Shown in pieces: positions 36,077 to 45,751 of a DNA stretch of 64,000 nt. The translations under genes were made by a program, and so were the position numbers. This stretch comes from an uncultured Clostridia bacterium. GTDB taxonomy: Bacteria > Bacillota > Clostridia > Christensenellales > UBA1242. The notes below the pieces were generated by a model. That model was not told the DNA's origin. It saw nothing but the letters and a program-made list of their open reading frames with translations, and made no database searches. The stretch is taken from positions 15,517-79,516 of the forward strand of contig CALVMJ010000002.1 in the NCBI GenBank assembly GCA_944345365.1, in the 5' to 3' direction. How positions within the stretch are numbered: position 1 is the first letter of the stretch; each line of letters opens with the position of its first letter.

Positions 36077-37069
36077 ATGTTTAAAAGTAAAGATATATTA
36101 AAACGAGCAAAAAAGCTTAAGAAAACCGTTGTTTTTCCTGAAGCAGGTTTTAGTGACAGGACGATTGAGGCTGTTAAATATTTAAAAAAGAAAAAAATTG
36201 TTGAATGTCTGCTGGTTGCAGATGAGAGTGCTTTGGTTTTAAGGGATAAATCACTTGGAGAATTTAAAATTATTAACCCAAAGACATCTCATCTTAAAGA
36301 TAAGTTGATTAAAATTCTCCTATCAAAGAGAAAGGATAAGGGAATGACAAGGGAAGAAGCTGAAGAGTTAATTTTGGATCCATATTACTTTGCGACTCTT
36401 CTTGTTGAGGCAGGTGTAGCAGACGGTATGGTTTCTGGAGCAGAATCGTCAACTGCACAAACGATAAGGCCGGCGCTTCAAATTATTGGCCCTTCAAGAA
36501 AGGGAGAACTGATTTCTTCGTGTATGCTTATGTATGGTAAAAACAAGTTTTTAAAAGACAAAACTCTTTTAATAGGAGATTGTGGCGTTATACCAAATCC
36601 AAATACCGATGATTTAATCTCCATTGCAAGTCAAACTGTTGACACTTATTTCCAGCTAGGATTAAAAGATCCAAAATTAGCATTTTTATCTTATTCAAGT
36701 AAGGGAAGTGCAAAAGGGGAAAGTGTTGAAAAGGTTCAAAAGGCATTTGAGGGACTAAGAAAACAAAATGTCGTCTTTGACGGAGAGTTGCAATTTGATT
36801 CGGCAATGGTTCCAAAAGTTGCTATGCATAAAGCACCAAACAGTCCTTTAAAAGGTGACGCCAATATTTTAATTTTTCCAGACTTAAATTCGGGTAACAT
36901 TTGTTATAAAGCATTGCAATATGTCGGCGGGCTTAAAGCTATTGGTCCAATATTACAAGGGCTAAAAAAGCCGGTCAATGACCTTTCCAGAGGTTGCTCT
37001 GTAAAGGATATTATAATTTTAGCAGGAATAACTGCTATGCAAAGTGAAAAAAAGGAGAAAAGAAAATGA
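36077..37069 (+). CDS. pta: Phosphate acetyltransferase
   Basis: Short-form Pta (330 aa): VVFPEAGFSDRTIEA, GMVSGAESSTAQTIRPALQII, NDLSRGCSV. Followed by ackA. Confidence 0.92.
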   Translation: MFKSKDILKRAKKLKKTVVFPEAGFSDRTIEAVKYLKKKKIVECLLVADESALVLRDKSLGEFKIINPKTSHLKDKLIKILLSKRKDKGMTREEAEELILDPYYFATLLVEAGVADGMVSGAESSTAQTIRPALQIIGPSRKGELISSCMLMYGKNKFLKDKTLLIGDCGVIPNPNTDDLISIASQTVDTYFQLGLKDPKLAFLSYSSKGSAKGESVEKVQKAFEGLRKQNVVFDGELQFDSAMVPKVAMHKAPNSPLKGDANILIFPDLNSGNICYKALQYVGGLKAIGPILQGLKKPVNDLSRGCSVKDIIILAGITAMQSEKKEKRK

Positions 37070-38262
37070 ATATATTAGTAATTAATGCAGGAAGTTCATC
37101 ATTAAAATTCCAGCTTATAAATATGAAGAATGAGAAAATTATAGCAAAAGGAAATTGTGAGAAAATAGGCATTTCAGGTTCATTTTTAAAGTATAAAGCA
37201 AATGGACAAGAATCAAAGTTTGATTTTGAAATGAAAGATCACGATGTTGCAATTAAAAAAGTATTAAAGGTTTTGGTTGATGAGAAAATCGGTGTAATAA
37301 AATCCTTAAAAGAGATTTCTGCTGTTGGGCACAGAGTTTTGCATGGGGGTGAAATTTATAAGGATTCTGTTTTAATCGATGCAAAAGTGATGAATAATCT
37401 TAAAAAACTTGTTCCTCTTGGACCTCTTCATATGCCTGCAAATATAACAGGAATAAAAGCCTGCAAAAAGGCAATTCCAGGAGTGCCAAATGTTGCTGTT
37501 TTTGACACAGCTTTTCACGCAAATATGCCAAAAGAAGCATTTTTATATGCCGTGCCTTATGAATTATATACAAAAGACAAAGTAAGAAGATATGGATTCC
37601 ACGGAACAAGTCATAAGTTTGTTTCAAATGAAGTCGCTAAATTGTTAAAAAAGCCTCTTAAAAAACTTAAAATTATCACAATTCACCTTGGCAACGGATC
37701 AAGCATGGCTGCTGTTAAAAATGGCGTCAGCATTGACACTTCAATGGGATTTACTCCACTTGAAGGACTAATAATGGGAACAAGGTCGGGTGACATTGAT
37801 GCATCTGTTGTTGGATACATTGCAGATAAATACAATTTTTCAGGGAATGAAGTTGTAAATTATCTCAACAAAAAGTCAGGTATAGAAGGCATTAGTGGTG
37901 TATCAAGTGATATGAGAGATGTTAACAGTGAGGCAGAGAAAGGAAATGAAAGGGCAAAATTGATCGTTCCAATGATGGCATACAGAGTAAAAAAATACAT
38001 TGGTGCATACGCAGCTGCTATGGGAGGAGTTGATGCGATTGTCTTCACAGGTGGAATAGGCGAAAATCAGGAAGATTTGAGAGACTATTCAACAAGAGGC
38101 CTTGAGTTTTTGGGTATAGAGATTGACAATAAGAAAAACTACTCATTGCCAAGAGGCACGGTTGAAAAAATATCAACTAAAAAATCAAAAGTTGCAGTTT
38201 ACAGAATTCCAACAAACGAAGAGCTTGTTATTGCAAGAGATGCAATGCAACTTATAAAATAA
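37066..38262 (+). CDS. ackA: Acetate kinase
   Basis: ILVINAGSSSLKFQL, GHRVLHGG, FDTAFH, GFHGTSH, FTGGIGEN. Confidence 0.96.
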   Translation: MNILVINAGSSSLKFQLINMKNEKIIAKGNCEKIGISGSFLKYKANGQESKFDFEMKDHDVAIKKVLKVLVDEKIGVIKSLKEISAVGHRVLHGGEIYKDSVLIDAKVMNNLKKLVPLGPLHMPANITGIKACKKAIPGVPNVAVFDTAFHANMPKEAFLYAVPYELYTKDKVRRYGFHGTSHKFVSNEVAKLLKKPLKKLKIITIHLGNGSSMAAVKNGVSIDTSMGFTPLEGLIMGTRSGDIDASVVGYIADKYNFSGNEVVNYLNKKSGIEGISGVSSDMRDVNSEAEKGNERAKLIVPMMAYRVKKYIGAYAAAMGGVDAIVFTGGIGENQEDLRDYSTRGLEFLGIEIDNKKNYSLPRGTVEKISTKKSKVAVYRIPTNEELVIARDAMQLIK

Positions 38263-38285
38263 TTATAAAAATAATACGCAAACAC

Positions 38286-38314
38286 TTGACAAAGCTCAAA
38301 AAAAAAGATATAAT
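38286..38314 (+). promoter_or_regulatory. Consensus sigma-A promoter of rpmF
   Basis: TTGACA (38286-91), 17-nt spacer, TATAAT (38309-14). Confidence 0.75.
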
Positions 38315-38358
38315 TCAATGGACTTTGAAAATAGATAAAGATTAACAAGGAGGAAATT

Positions 38359-38553
38359 ATGGCTGTTCCAAAGGGTAAGGTTTCAAAAGCAAGAAGAAAT
38401 AGCAGAAATTCTGCAAATTTTAAGGCAAGTGCTCCAACACTTGTTGAGTGTCCAAAATGCCACGAACTTAAACAACCACATCTGGTTTGTGCAAAATGTG
38501 GGACATATAAAAATGAAACTGTTATAAATAAAGAAGAAAAAAATAGTAAATAA
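38359..38553 (+). CDS. rpmF: 50S ribosomal protein L32 (zinc-ribbon form)
   Basis: MAVPKGKVSKARRNSRN... with CPKC...CAKCG. AGGAGG SD present. Confidence 0.93.
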   Translation: MAVPKGKVSKARRNSRNSANFKASAPTLVECPKCHELKQPHLVCAKCGTYKNETVINKEEKNSK

Positions 38554-38577
38554 AATTGTTATTTTGTAACTATTATG

Positions 38578-38617
38578 GCATAATACAAACAAGATGTTGT
38601 GGTATTATGCTTTTTTT
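38578..38617 (+). terminator. Rho-independent terminator after rpmF
   Basis: GCATAATAC / GTATTATGC 9-bp stem followed by T7. Confidence 0.8.
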
Positions 38618-38728
38618 ATTTAAAAATATTAATACAGTATTAAATTATTAAAACTGTATTATTTGCTTTACTAATTCATTATATTTTGTTAAAATATATG
38701 CATAGATTAGTTATAAATGGAGATGATA

Positions 38729-39733
38729 ATGAAAATTGTTATTGACGCATTTGGGGGGGATAATGCTCCAAAAGAAATTGTTGAAGGAGCTATTTTAGCG
38801 ATAAATAAATATAGTAACCTAAATATCATCTTATGTGGAGATGAAAAGAAGATTAGGGAAATACTAAACGGCAGAGATGAAAGAATAGAAATTTGTCATG
38901 CGCCTTTGGTAATCAGCAATGATGATGTGCCAACGGAGGCTATTAGAGGCAAGAAAGAATCTTCGCTTGTTAAAGCTTTTGACATTTTAAAAGAAAGGGA
39001 AGATGTAATATCGTTAATTTCTGCTGGAAGCACAGGAGCAATATTAACTGGGGCTATAATGAAAATTGGAAGAATAAAGGGGATTTCTAGGCCTGCGCTT
39101 GCTCCGATTTTGCCGACAAAGAAAAAATCTGATGTCATTTTAATTGACAGTGGGGCAAACATTGATTGTAAATCCATAAATCTTTATCATTTTGCTGTCA
39201 TGGGGTCGGCTTATTATTCAGCGCTTTATAATGTAAACAAACCAAGGGTGGGGCTTTTAAATATAGGAGTTGAAGAGCACAAAGGAACTGAGCTTACGCG
39301 GGAGGCTTATTCTCTTATCAAGGATTCTGGTCTTAATTTTATTGGCAATGTTGAGGCAAGGGAATATATGTCTGGAAATGTTGATGTTATGGTCGCAGAT
39401 GGATTTGCTGGAAATGTTTTGTTAAAAGGAAGTGAGGGTGCTGTTGGAGCTTTGCTTTCTGTATTAAAAAACAGCATAAAATCACATACAATGAGCAAAA
39501 TTGGTGCATTGTTTATGAGAAAAACATTTAAAGAGATAAAAAATCGTATGGACGTTTTGTCAAGGCATGGTGGTTCTCCATTCTTGGGTTGCAAAAAACT
39601 TGTTATGAAAAACCATGGTTCTTGCAAAAGGGAAAATATTCTTGCAAGTGTTGATCAATCCATTATTTTATATCAAAACAAATTAATTGAAAAGATTGAA
39701 GATTTAATAAAGAAACAGGTCGGTGAAGAATGA
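38729..39733 (+). CDS. plsX: Phosphate acyltransferase PlsX
   Basis: MKIVIDAFGGDNAP start, GSTGA, GLLNIGVEEHKG, VADGFAGNV. Confidence 0.94.
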   Translation: MKIVIDAFGGDNAPKEIVEGAILAINKYSNLNIILCGDEKKIREILNGRDERIEICHAPLVISNDDVPTEAIRGKKESSLVKAFDILKEREDVISLISAGSTGAILTGAIMKIGRIKGISRPALAPILPTKKKSDVILIDSGANIDCKSINLYHFAVMGSAYYSALYNVNKPRVGLLNIGVEEHKGTELTREAYSLIKDSGLNFIGNVEAREYMSGNVDVMVADGFAGNVLLKGSEGAVGALLSVLKNSIKSHTMSKIGALFMRKTFKEIKNRMDVLSRHGGSPFLGCKKLVMKNHGSCKRENILASVDQSIILYQNKLIEKIEDLIKKQVGEE

Positions 39734-40344
39734 TAGAATTAGGATATGAATTTAAAAACAAGGATTTGCTAAAAAGAGCAACAACACATTCTTCAAAATC
39801 CCCTGAAAATTATGAAAGATTAGAGTTTTTAGGAGACAGTATTTTAGATTTTGTTGTTGGAGAATATCTCTTTGTTAACAGTGATAAGTCTGAGGGGGAA
39901 TTAACTGTTTTGCGTTCGCATTTTGTTTCCGAGGCTAATTTGTGCAAAGTTTTTGATGAGCTTGACATTGAAAAAGAAATTATTCTTGGTAAAAGTTGGA
40001 AGGGAGCTCTTTCCAAAGCAGTTAAGTGCGATATTGTTGAAGCTATCATTGGCGCAATATATATTGATTCCGGACTTGATGATGCAAAGAAGTTTATTGT
40101 AAGTAAACTTAGACTAGATGAATTTGACAGCATCGAGGACGACAACTATAAGTCCAAATTACAAGAGCTAATTCAAGCCAATTTTAAGTGCAAGATGAGT
40201 TATGTAACAGAAAAAGATGGCGAGGGATTTTCTTCGAGTTTTTATATGGACGAGGACAAAATTTCTTCGGGCTTTGGAATGGACAAAACATCGGCTGAAC
40301 AAGATTGTGCTAAAAAAGCAATAAAAGTGTTGTTTAAAGTTTAA
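39730..40344 (+). CDS. rnc: Ribonuclease III
   Basis: Signature ERLEFLGDSILDFVV, EAIIGAIYID, and a C-terminal dsRBD. Compact at 204 aa. Confidence 0.9.
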   Translation: MIELGYEFKNKDLLKRATTHSSKSPENYERLEFLGDSILDFVVGEYLFVNSDKSEGELTVLRSHFVSEANLCKVFDELDIEKEIILGKSWKGALSKAVKCDIVEAIIGAIYIDSGLDDAKKFIVSKLRLDEFDSIEDDNYKSKLQELIQANFKCKMSYVTEKDGEGFSSSFYMDEDKISSGFGMDKTSAEQDCAKKAIKVLFKV

Positions 40345-40371
40345 AAATCAGGAGATAAAGGAAAGATAAAT

Positions 40372-43300
40372 ATGATTTTGAAGAAGATTGAGATGGCAGG
40401 ATTTAAATCATTTGCTGATAAAACAGTTTTGGACTTTAGCGAAAATTTCTCTGCTATTGTTGGACCAAATGGATGTGGCAAAAGCAATGTTGCTGATGCA
40501 ATAAGGTGGGTTCTTGGAGAGCAAAAGGTTAAAGATTTGCGTGCAGACAGTATGCAAGATGTTATTTTTAACGGAACTGAAAAGCGAAAAAGTTTGTCTT
40601 ATTGCGAAGTTTCATTATACTTTGACAATTCTACAAGGTTTTTTCCAAATTTTGATTACGACGAATTGATTATCACGAGAAAACTTTATCGTTCGGGAGA
40701 AAGTGAATATTTAATAAATAAAAACACTTGCAGGCTTTTGGATATTAACAATATTTTATATAACAGTGGATTGGGTAAAAACGGTTACTCTATTATAGGA
40801 CAAGGAAAAATCACTGAATTAGTTGAAGCAAAACCTGAAAACAGGAGGTTTATGTTTGAAGATGCAGCAGGAATATCAAAATATAAAAAAGATAAGACTG
40901 ATGCTGAAAACAAACTTTCAAGAACCCGCCTTAATTTAGAAAGAGTTAATGATATTTTGCAAGAGATAGAAAGGCAGATGGGACCTCTTAAAAAGCAAGC
41001 CGAAACAGCAAAAAAATATCTTGAACTAAAAGCCCAATTAAAAGATTTGGAAGTTAATGCCTATGTATATCAATATGAAAACGCAAACGATGCAAAAGAA
41101 AAAATTAGGCTAAAATTAAGGGCAATAGAAGAGGAATTAGGACTTAGACAAGCCGAATTTGACAAGGTTAATTCAGATTACAGCATTTCAATGGAGCAAT
41201 CGCTTACATTTGACCAAAAGTTATCAAAGCTTAATGATAAAATATTGGAATTAACTGTCAGTCTTGAAAAGCAAGAAGGTGAAACAAAAATTGCCAGAGA
41301 AAGAATTATATTTACTCAAAAAGAAAATGACAGGATTAACCTTGACCTAACAAATGCAAGCAAAATGCTTGATTATGCATTAAAGCAAAATGAGGAAAAA
41401 CACAACGATTTAAATGAATTAAAAAGCAAACTTTTATCCTTGGAAACATCATTTGATGAACTTTCAAAAAGTTATTCATCTATTGCACAGGAATTATATT
41501 TAAGCGAAGATGAAGCAGGACAGTCACAACAAAAAATTATTGAAACTCTTGGGTCTTTGTCCGATGTAAAAAGCAATCTTTCAAGACTCCAAGCCGAAAA
41601 AGAAATTTTGTCATCAAGACTTGAAAATATATCAAGAGCGATAGACGAGCAAGGAGCAAAGAAGGAAGATATCGTAATAAATCATCAAAAGACAGTTAAA
41701 AATATTGAAAATATCAATAACATAATTAAACTAACAGAGGCTTCTTTCCAAGATTTTTCTTTAAAAATTTCTTTTGCTGAGAAGTCTTTAAGAGAAAATC
41801 AAGAGGAAAAGGCCAATATAATTACCCAAATCAAAGTTTGCGAAAACAGGAAAAAACTTCTCTCAGAAATGCAAGCTGATTACGAAGGCTATGCTTATAG
41901 CGTTAAGAAATTGTTAAAAGAAGGAGAAAGGAACAATTACATACGATCTAAAATGGTTGGTGTAGTCGCCTCTTTAATCAATGTTCCGACTAAATTTGAA
42001 ACAGCAGTTGAAGTTGCTCTTGGAAACAGTTTGCAAAATATAGTAACCTTTGATGAAAATGGGGCAAAGGAATTAATAAATTATTTAAAGGACAATCATT
42101 TTGGCAGGGCCACTTTCCTTCCTATCTCGTCTATGAAAAGAAGGGATTTTGATAAAAAACTAATTTCTGGCTACAAGGGCTGTTTTGGAGTGGCGTCTGA
42201 CCTTATAGAATTTGATAGCAAGATAGATAATGTTATTTCAAATCTCTTAGGAAGTACAGTTATTGTAGATTCACTTGAAACAGCAATAGCACTTGCAAAA
42301 GAACAAAAGTTTGCGTTTAGAATAGTAACTCTTGAAGGAGATTTAGTAAATCCTCAAGGGTCTATGACTGGTGGAAGTAAGAAAACAGAAAGCGTAAATT
42401 TAATTAATAGGCAAAGAGAAATTGACGACTTGTCAAAAGAAATTGAAAAGCTTGAAAGAAGAAAAAACGAAATTGAACAAGATGAAAAAATTGCCGTTCA
42501 AAAAGTTTCTGAGTATAGGCTTGAGTTGCAAAAAATAGCTGAAACAAAGAGCAAAAACTCCATTGAATTTACTGCGGAAAAAAGCAAAGAAGAAAACCTT
42601 AAAAATTCTTTGAATGAAGTTGAAGATGACCTTAAAATCTCTTTAATGGAAAAAGAGAGTGTTGAAAATAAAATAGCTCTTATTTCGCAGGAATTGCAAA
42701 AATCCAGCACTTTGCAAAGTGCTTTAAGTGGTAATAAGGAAGATGCTGATCTTTTGATTAAGCAAAGAAAGGAAGAATACGAAAAACTTAGATTAAAAAG
42801 AGACGAAGTTAGCTCTAATATAACAACAGTTAAAGTTGAAATTGCATCTGTTAAAGCCAACATTGAAAGTGTTGCAAATGAAATAGCAAGGCTTGAAAAT
42901 GAAATTGGAAAACAAAAAAGCAACATTAATATATACCAAGAGCACCTGCAAAGCAACAATGAATTTATTGAAAGTGCAGAGCAGATGATTAAGTCAAAGC
43001 TTGAACAAGCACCTACATCAAAAAGCAAACAAGAATTATTGCTATTAAAAGATCAAAGAGAAAATATTGAATCCGAGAAGCAAAATCTTTCAAGAAAAAT
43101 TAAAGAGCTTGACAGTTTAAAAAACACAATAATGGAAAATCTTACAAGAATTAATGACAAAAAGTATAGGGAAGAAATGAATCTTTCAAAAGTGGATTCT
43201 GATATTGAAGTTATGCAGGAAAGAATTTTTGAAGAATATTCCATGACTTATGCTAATTGTTTGGAACATAAACGACCTGATTTTGATATTTCTTTTGCTA

Positions 43301-43953
43301 TGCCAGAAATTAGCAGAATTAAAAGAGCGATATCAAATCTTGGTGCAGTTAATGTTAATGCAATAGAGGATTGTTCGGCATTATTAGACAGATTTAATGA
43401 GATGAATGGACAAGCTGAAGATTTGAAAAAAGCAGAAGAAGATCTAACAAAGATTATAAAAGATTTGTCTGGCATTATGATAGAGAAATTTTTGGCAGAG
43501 CTTAATAAAATCAACGAAAGCTTTAAGATTACATTCAGAGAGCTTTTTGGCGGAGGAAATGCAAAGCTTGAACTTACCGATCCATCTTCGCCTCTTGAAT
43601 CAGGGGTTGAAGTATTCGTTCAACCACCTGGCAAAAAGATTCAAAATATGTCGCTTTACAGTGGTGGTGAAAAATCTCTTACTGCAATGGCTATAATATT
43701 TGCAATACTAAGAATTAAACCTCTTCCATTTTGCTTGTTTGACGAAGTAGAAGCCGCTCTTGATGATTCTAATGTTGAAATAGTTGACAAATATCTTAAA
43801 AAACTTTCAAATGAAACTCAATTTATTTTGATTACTCACAAAAAACCAACAATGGAAAATGCTGATGCCTTGTTTGGTGTAACGATGGAAGAAAAAGGAG
43901 TGTCGAAAATCGTTTCTGTTAAGCTGGCTGATGCTATTAAGCAAGCACAATAA
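40372..43953 (+). CDS. smc: Chromosome partition protein Smc
   Basis: Walker A GPNGCGKSN, long coiled coils, hinge (GVASDLIEFD..), signature LSGGEKSL, Walker B LFDEVEAALD. Confidence 0.97.
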   Translation: MILKKIEMAGFKSFADKTVLDFSENFSAIVGPNGCGKSNVADAIRWVLGEQKVKDLRADSMQDVIFNGTEKRKSLSYCEVSLYFDNSTRFFPNFDYDELIITRKLYRSGESEYLINKNTCRLLDINNILYNSGLGKNGYSIIGQGKITELVEAKPENRRFMFEDAAGISKYKKDKTDAENKLSRTRLNLERVNDILQEIERQMGPLKKQAETAKKYLELKAQLKDLEVNAYVYQYENANDAKEKIRLKLRAIEEELGLRQAEFDKVNSDYSISMEQSLTFDQKLSKLNDKILELTVSLEKQEGETKIARERIIFTQKENDRINLDLTNASKMLDYALKQNEEKHNDLNELKSKLLSLETSFDELSKSYSSIAQELYLSEDEAGQSQQKIIETLGSLSDVKSNLSRLQAEKEILSSRLENISRAIDEQGAKKEDIVINHQKTVKNIENINNIIKLTEASFQDFSLKISFAEKSLRENQEEKANIITQIKVCENRKKLLSEMQADYEGYAYSVKKLLKEGERNNYIRSKMVGVVASLINVPTKFETAVEVALGNSLQNIVTFDENGAKELINYLKDNHFGRATFLPISSMKRRDFDKKLISGYKGCFGVASDLIEFDSKIDNVISNLLGSTVIVDSLETAIALAKEQKFAFRIVTLEGDLVNPQGSMTGGSKKTESVNLINRQREIDDLSKEIEKLERRKNEIEQDEKIAVQKVSEYRLELQKIAETKSKNSIEFTAEKSKEENLKNSLNEVEDDLKISLMEKESVENKIALISQELQKSSTLQSALSGNKEDADLLIKQRKEEYEKLRLKRDEVSSNITTVKVEIASVKANIESVANEIARLENEIGKQKSNINIYQEHLQSNNEFIESAEQMIKSKLEQAPTSKSKQELLLLKDQRENIESEKQNLSRKIKELDSLKNTIMENLTRINDKKYREEMNLSKVDSDIEVMQERIFEEYSMTYANCLEHKRPDFDISFAMPEISRIKRAISNLGAVNVNAIEDCSALLDRFNEMNGQAEDLKKAEEDLTKIIKDLSGIMIEKFLAELNKINESFKITFRELFGGGNAKLELTDPSSPLESGVEVFVQPPGKKIQNMSLYSGGEKSLTAMAIIFAILRIKPLPFCLFDEVEAALDDSNVEIVDKYLKKLSNETQFILITHKKPTMENADALFGVTMEEKGVSKIVSVKLADAIKQAQ

Positions 43954-43966
43954 TTAAGAGGTAGTT

Positions 43967-44863
43967 ATGGGATTTTTTAAAAAAATAGGGGAAGCATTAA
44001 GAAAAACAAGAGAAGCTTTTGCCAGAAAAATTGATGCAATTATGAGTCATGGAGAACTTGACGATGATTTTTATGATGATTTAACAGATATTTTAATTTC
44101 TTGTGACATTGGCGTAAAGACAAGTATGCAAATTGTTGATGATTTAAGAGTTTATGCAAGAAAAAACAAAATAAGGACTTCGACTGATGTTAAAAATGCC
44201 TTAAAAGAAATTATAATAAACGAGTTTGAAAACTTGCCTAAGATTGAGATTGAATATCCAGCAATAATAACAATTATCGGTGTCAATGGAGTTGGAAAGA
44301 CGACAACAATTGGCAAAATGGCAAAATATTTTAAAAATCAAAAAAAAGAAGTTACGCTTGTTGCAGGAGACACATTCAGAGCTGCGGCATCAGAACAGCT
44401 TGCGATGTGGGCAAACAGGACAAAAACAAGGATTATTAAGCACGAAGAAGGAGCTGATTCGGCTGCTGTTGTATTTGATGGAATAAGCAGTGCAAAAGCT
44501 AAAAATACAGATGTTTTAATAGTTGACACAGCTGGAAGATTGCATACCAAAACAAACCTTATGGAAGAGTTAAGGAAGATAGATAAAATTGAAAACAGGG
44601 AATATCCTGACGCACATAAATATACTTTTATAGTTTTGGATGCAACGACTGGACAGAATGCTCTTGCTCAAATCTCTGCATTTAACGATTTTGTTAAAAT
44701 TGATGGGATTATTCTTACTAAACTCGATGGAACAGCAAAGGGTGGAGTGGTTATTGCAATTGAAAAGGAGTATAAATTACCGGTTGTCTTCATTGGAGTG
44801 GGAGAAAAGGAAGACGATTTAGAAAAATTTGAGGCAAAAGATTTTATAAACAATCTTTTCTAG
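43967..44863 (+). CDS. ftsY: Signal recognition particle receptor FtsY
   Basis: NG domain only: GVNGVGKTTTIGK, DTAGRL, TKLDGTAKGG. Confidence 0.95.
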   Translation: MGFFKKIGEALRKTREAFARKIDAIMSHGELDDDFYDDLTDILISCDIGVKTSMQIVDDLRVYARKNKIRTSTDVKNALKEIIINEFENLPKIEIEYPAIITIIGVNGVGKTTTIGKMAKYFKNQKKEVTLVAGDTFRAAASEQLAMWANRTKTRIIKHEEGADSAAVVFDGISSAKAKNTDVLIVDTAGRLHTKTNLMEELRKIDKIENREYPDAHKYTFIVLDATTGQNALAQISAFNDFVKIDGIILTKLDGTAKGGVVIAIEKEYKLPVVFIGVGEKEDDLEKFEAKDFINNLF

Positions 44864-44872
44864 AAAAAAATT

Positions 44873-44907
44873 AAAGGGCAATAAAATCATAGCCCTTATT
44901 TTTTTTG
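44873..44907 (+). terminator. Rho-independent terminator after ftsY
   Basis: AAGGGC / GCCCTT stem followed by ATTTTTTTT. Confidence 0.7.
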
Positions 44908-44962
44908 TTGTCCAAGCAAGATGCGACAAAATCTGACATATATTACCCCGAAAGGAGTTTAT

Positions 44963-45676
44963 ATGTTTTTTGAAAGTTTTTCTTATTTTCTATCAAAAAT
45001 AAATTGCTTTTCGGCGTTTATTAACACAGCGGAAGGCTTTCCAAAACCTCTTTCACGAGAGGAGGAAAAAGAAACATTTGAAAAATTTAAAAAAGAAAAA
45101 GATATGCAAGCAAGACAAAAACTGATTACGCATAATCTTAGGCTTGTTGTGCATATTGTCGGGAAATATGCTGGAAGCGTTAAAGTCGAAGCCGATGATT
45201 TAATTTCGGTTGGGACAATTGGGCTTATGAAGGCAATTGACTCTTTTGACTACGACAAAGGCGTTCAGCTTGGAACTTATGCTTCAAGGTGTATTGACAA
45301 TGAAATTTTAATGGTTCTTAGGGCAAATAAAAAATATAAGGAAAATATGTCTTTAAACAGTGTTATTGGAGGGGATAAAGATGGCAACGATTTTATGCTT
45401 ATGGACATTATTCCTTCCGACGAAGATGATTTGGAAGATATTGCTGACACGAATTTTTTAATTGATAAAATTTGCAAAAGTGTTAATAACTGTTTAACAA
45501 AGCGAGAAAAAGAAGTCTTAGAAAGAAGGTATGGTCTTAATGGGAAAAAGGTTTTAACTCAAAAAGAACTTGCCAAAGAGCTTGGTATATCAAGATCCTA
45601 TGTTTCCAGAATAGAAGCAAAGGCTTTGCAAACTATTAAGGACGGTATCAACGATCAATTTCAAATTAATGAATAA
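44963..45676 (+). CDS. sigK: Sporulation-type sigma-70 family factor with N-terminal pro-sequence (sigma-K-like; sigma-E not excluded)
   Basis: ATG 44963 follows AAAGGAG. A hydrophobic pro-peptide precedes GFPKPLSREEE (B. subtilis pro-sigma-K has NAFPQPLS). Also HNLRLVVHIV, DLISVGTIGLMKAIDSF, TYASRCIDNEILMVLR, and region 4.2 ISRSYVSRIE. Confidence 0.6.
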   Translation: MFFESFSYFLSKINCFSAFINTAEGFPKPLSREEEKETFEKFKKEKDMQARQKLITHNLRLVVHIVGKYAGSVKVEADDLISVGTIGLMKAIDSFDYDKGVQLGTYASRCIDNEILMVLRANKKYKENMSLNSVIGGDKDGNDFMLMDIIPSDEDDLEDIADTNFLIDKICKSVNNCLTKREKEVLERRYGLNGKKVLTQKELAKELGISRSYVSRIEAKALQTIKDGINDQFQINE

Positions 45677-45751
45677 AAATTAAAAAAACATTTGCTTTTT
45701 TTTATAATAATAGTGTAATCTAATAAAAAAGTGTTGTTTTTAGAGGGAAGT

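Noticed and set aside
42498-43028. 176-aa antisense ORF inside smc. Similar antisense or alternate-frame ORFs: 3070-3371, 3549-3887, 3892-4269, 12516-12794, 15359-15676, 17417-17728, 21980-22447, 38896-39177, 39307-39627, 39810-40145, 43248-43514, 49871-50224, 50501-50713, 56974-57414, 61491-61760.
   Set aside because: All are embedded in well-supported genes. GAA/AAG/GAT-rich sense codons give stop-poor Ser/Phe/Leu-rich antisense frames. None has an SD or a recognisable motif.
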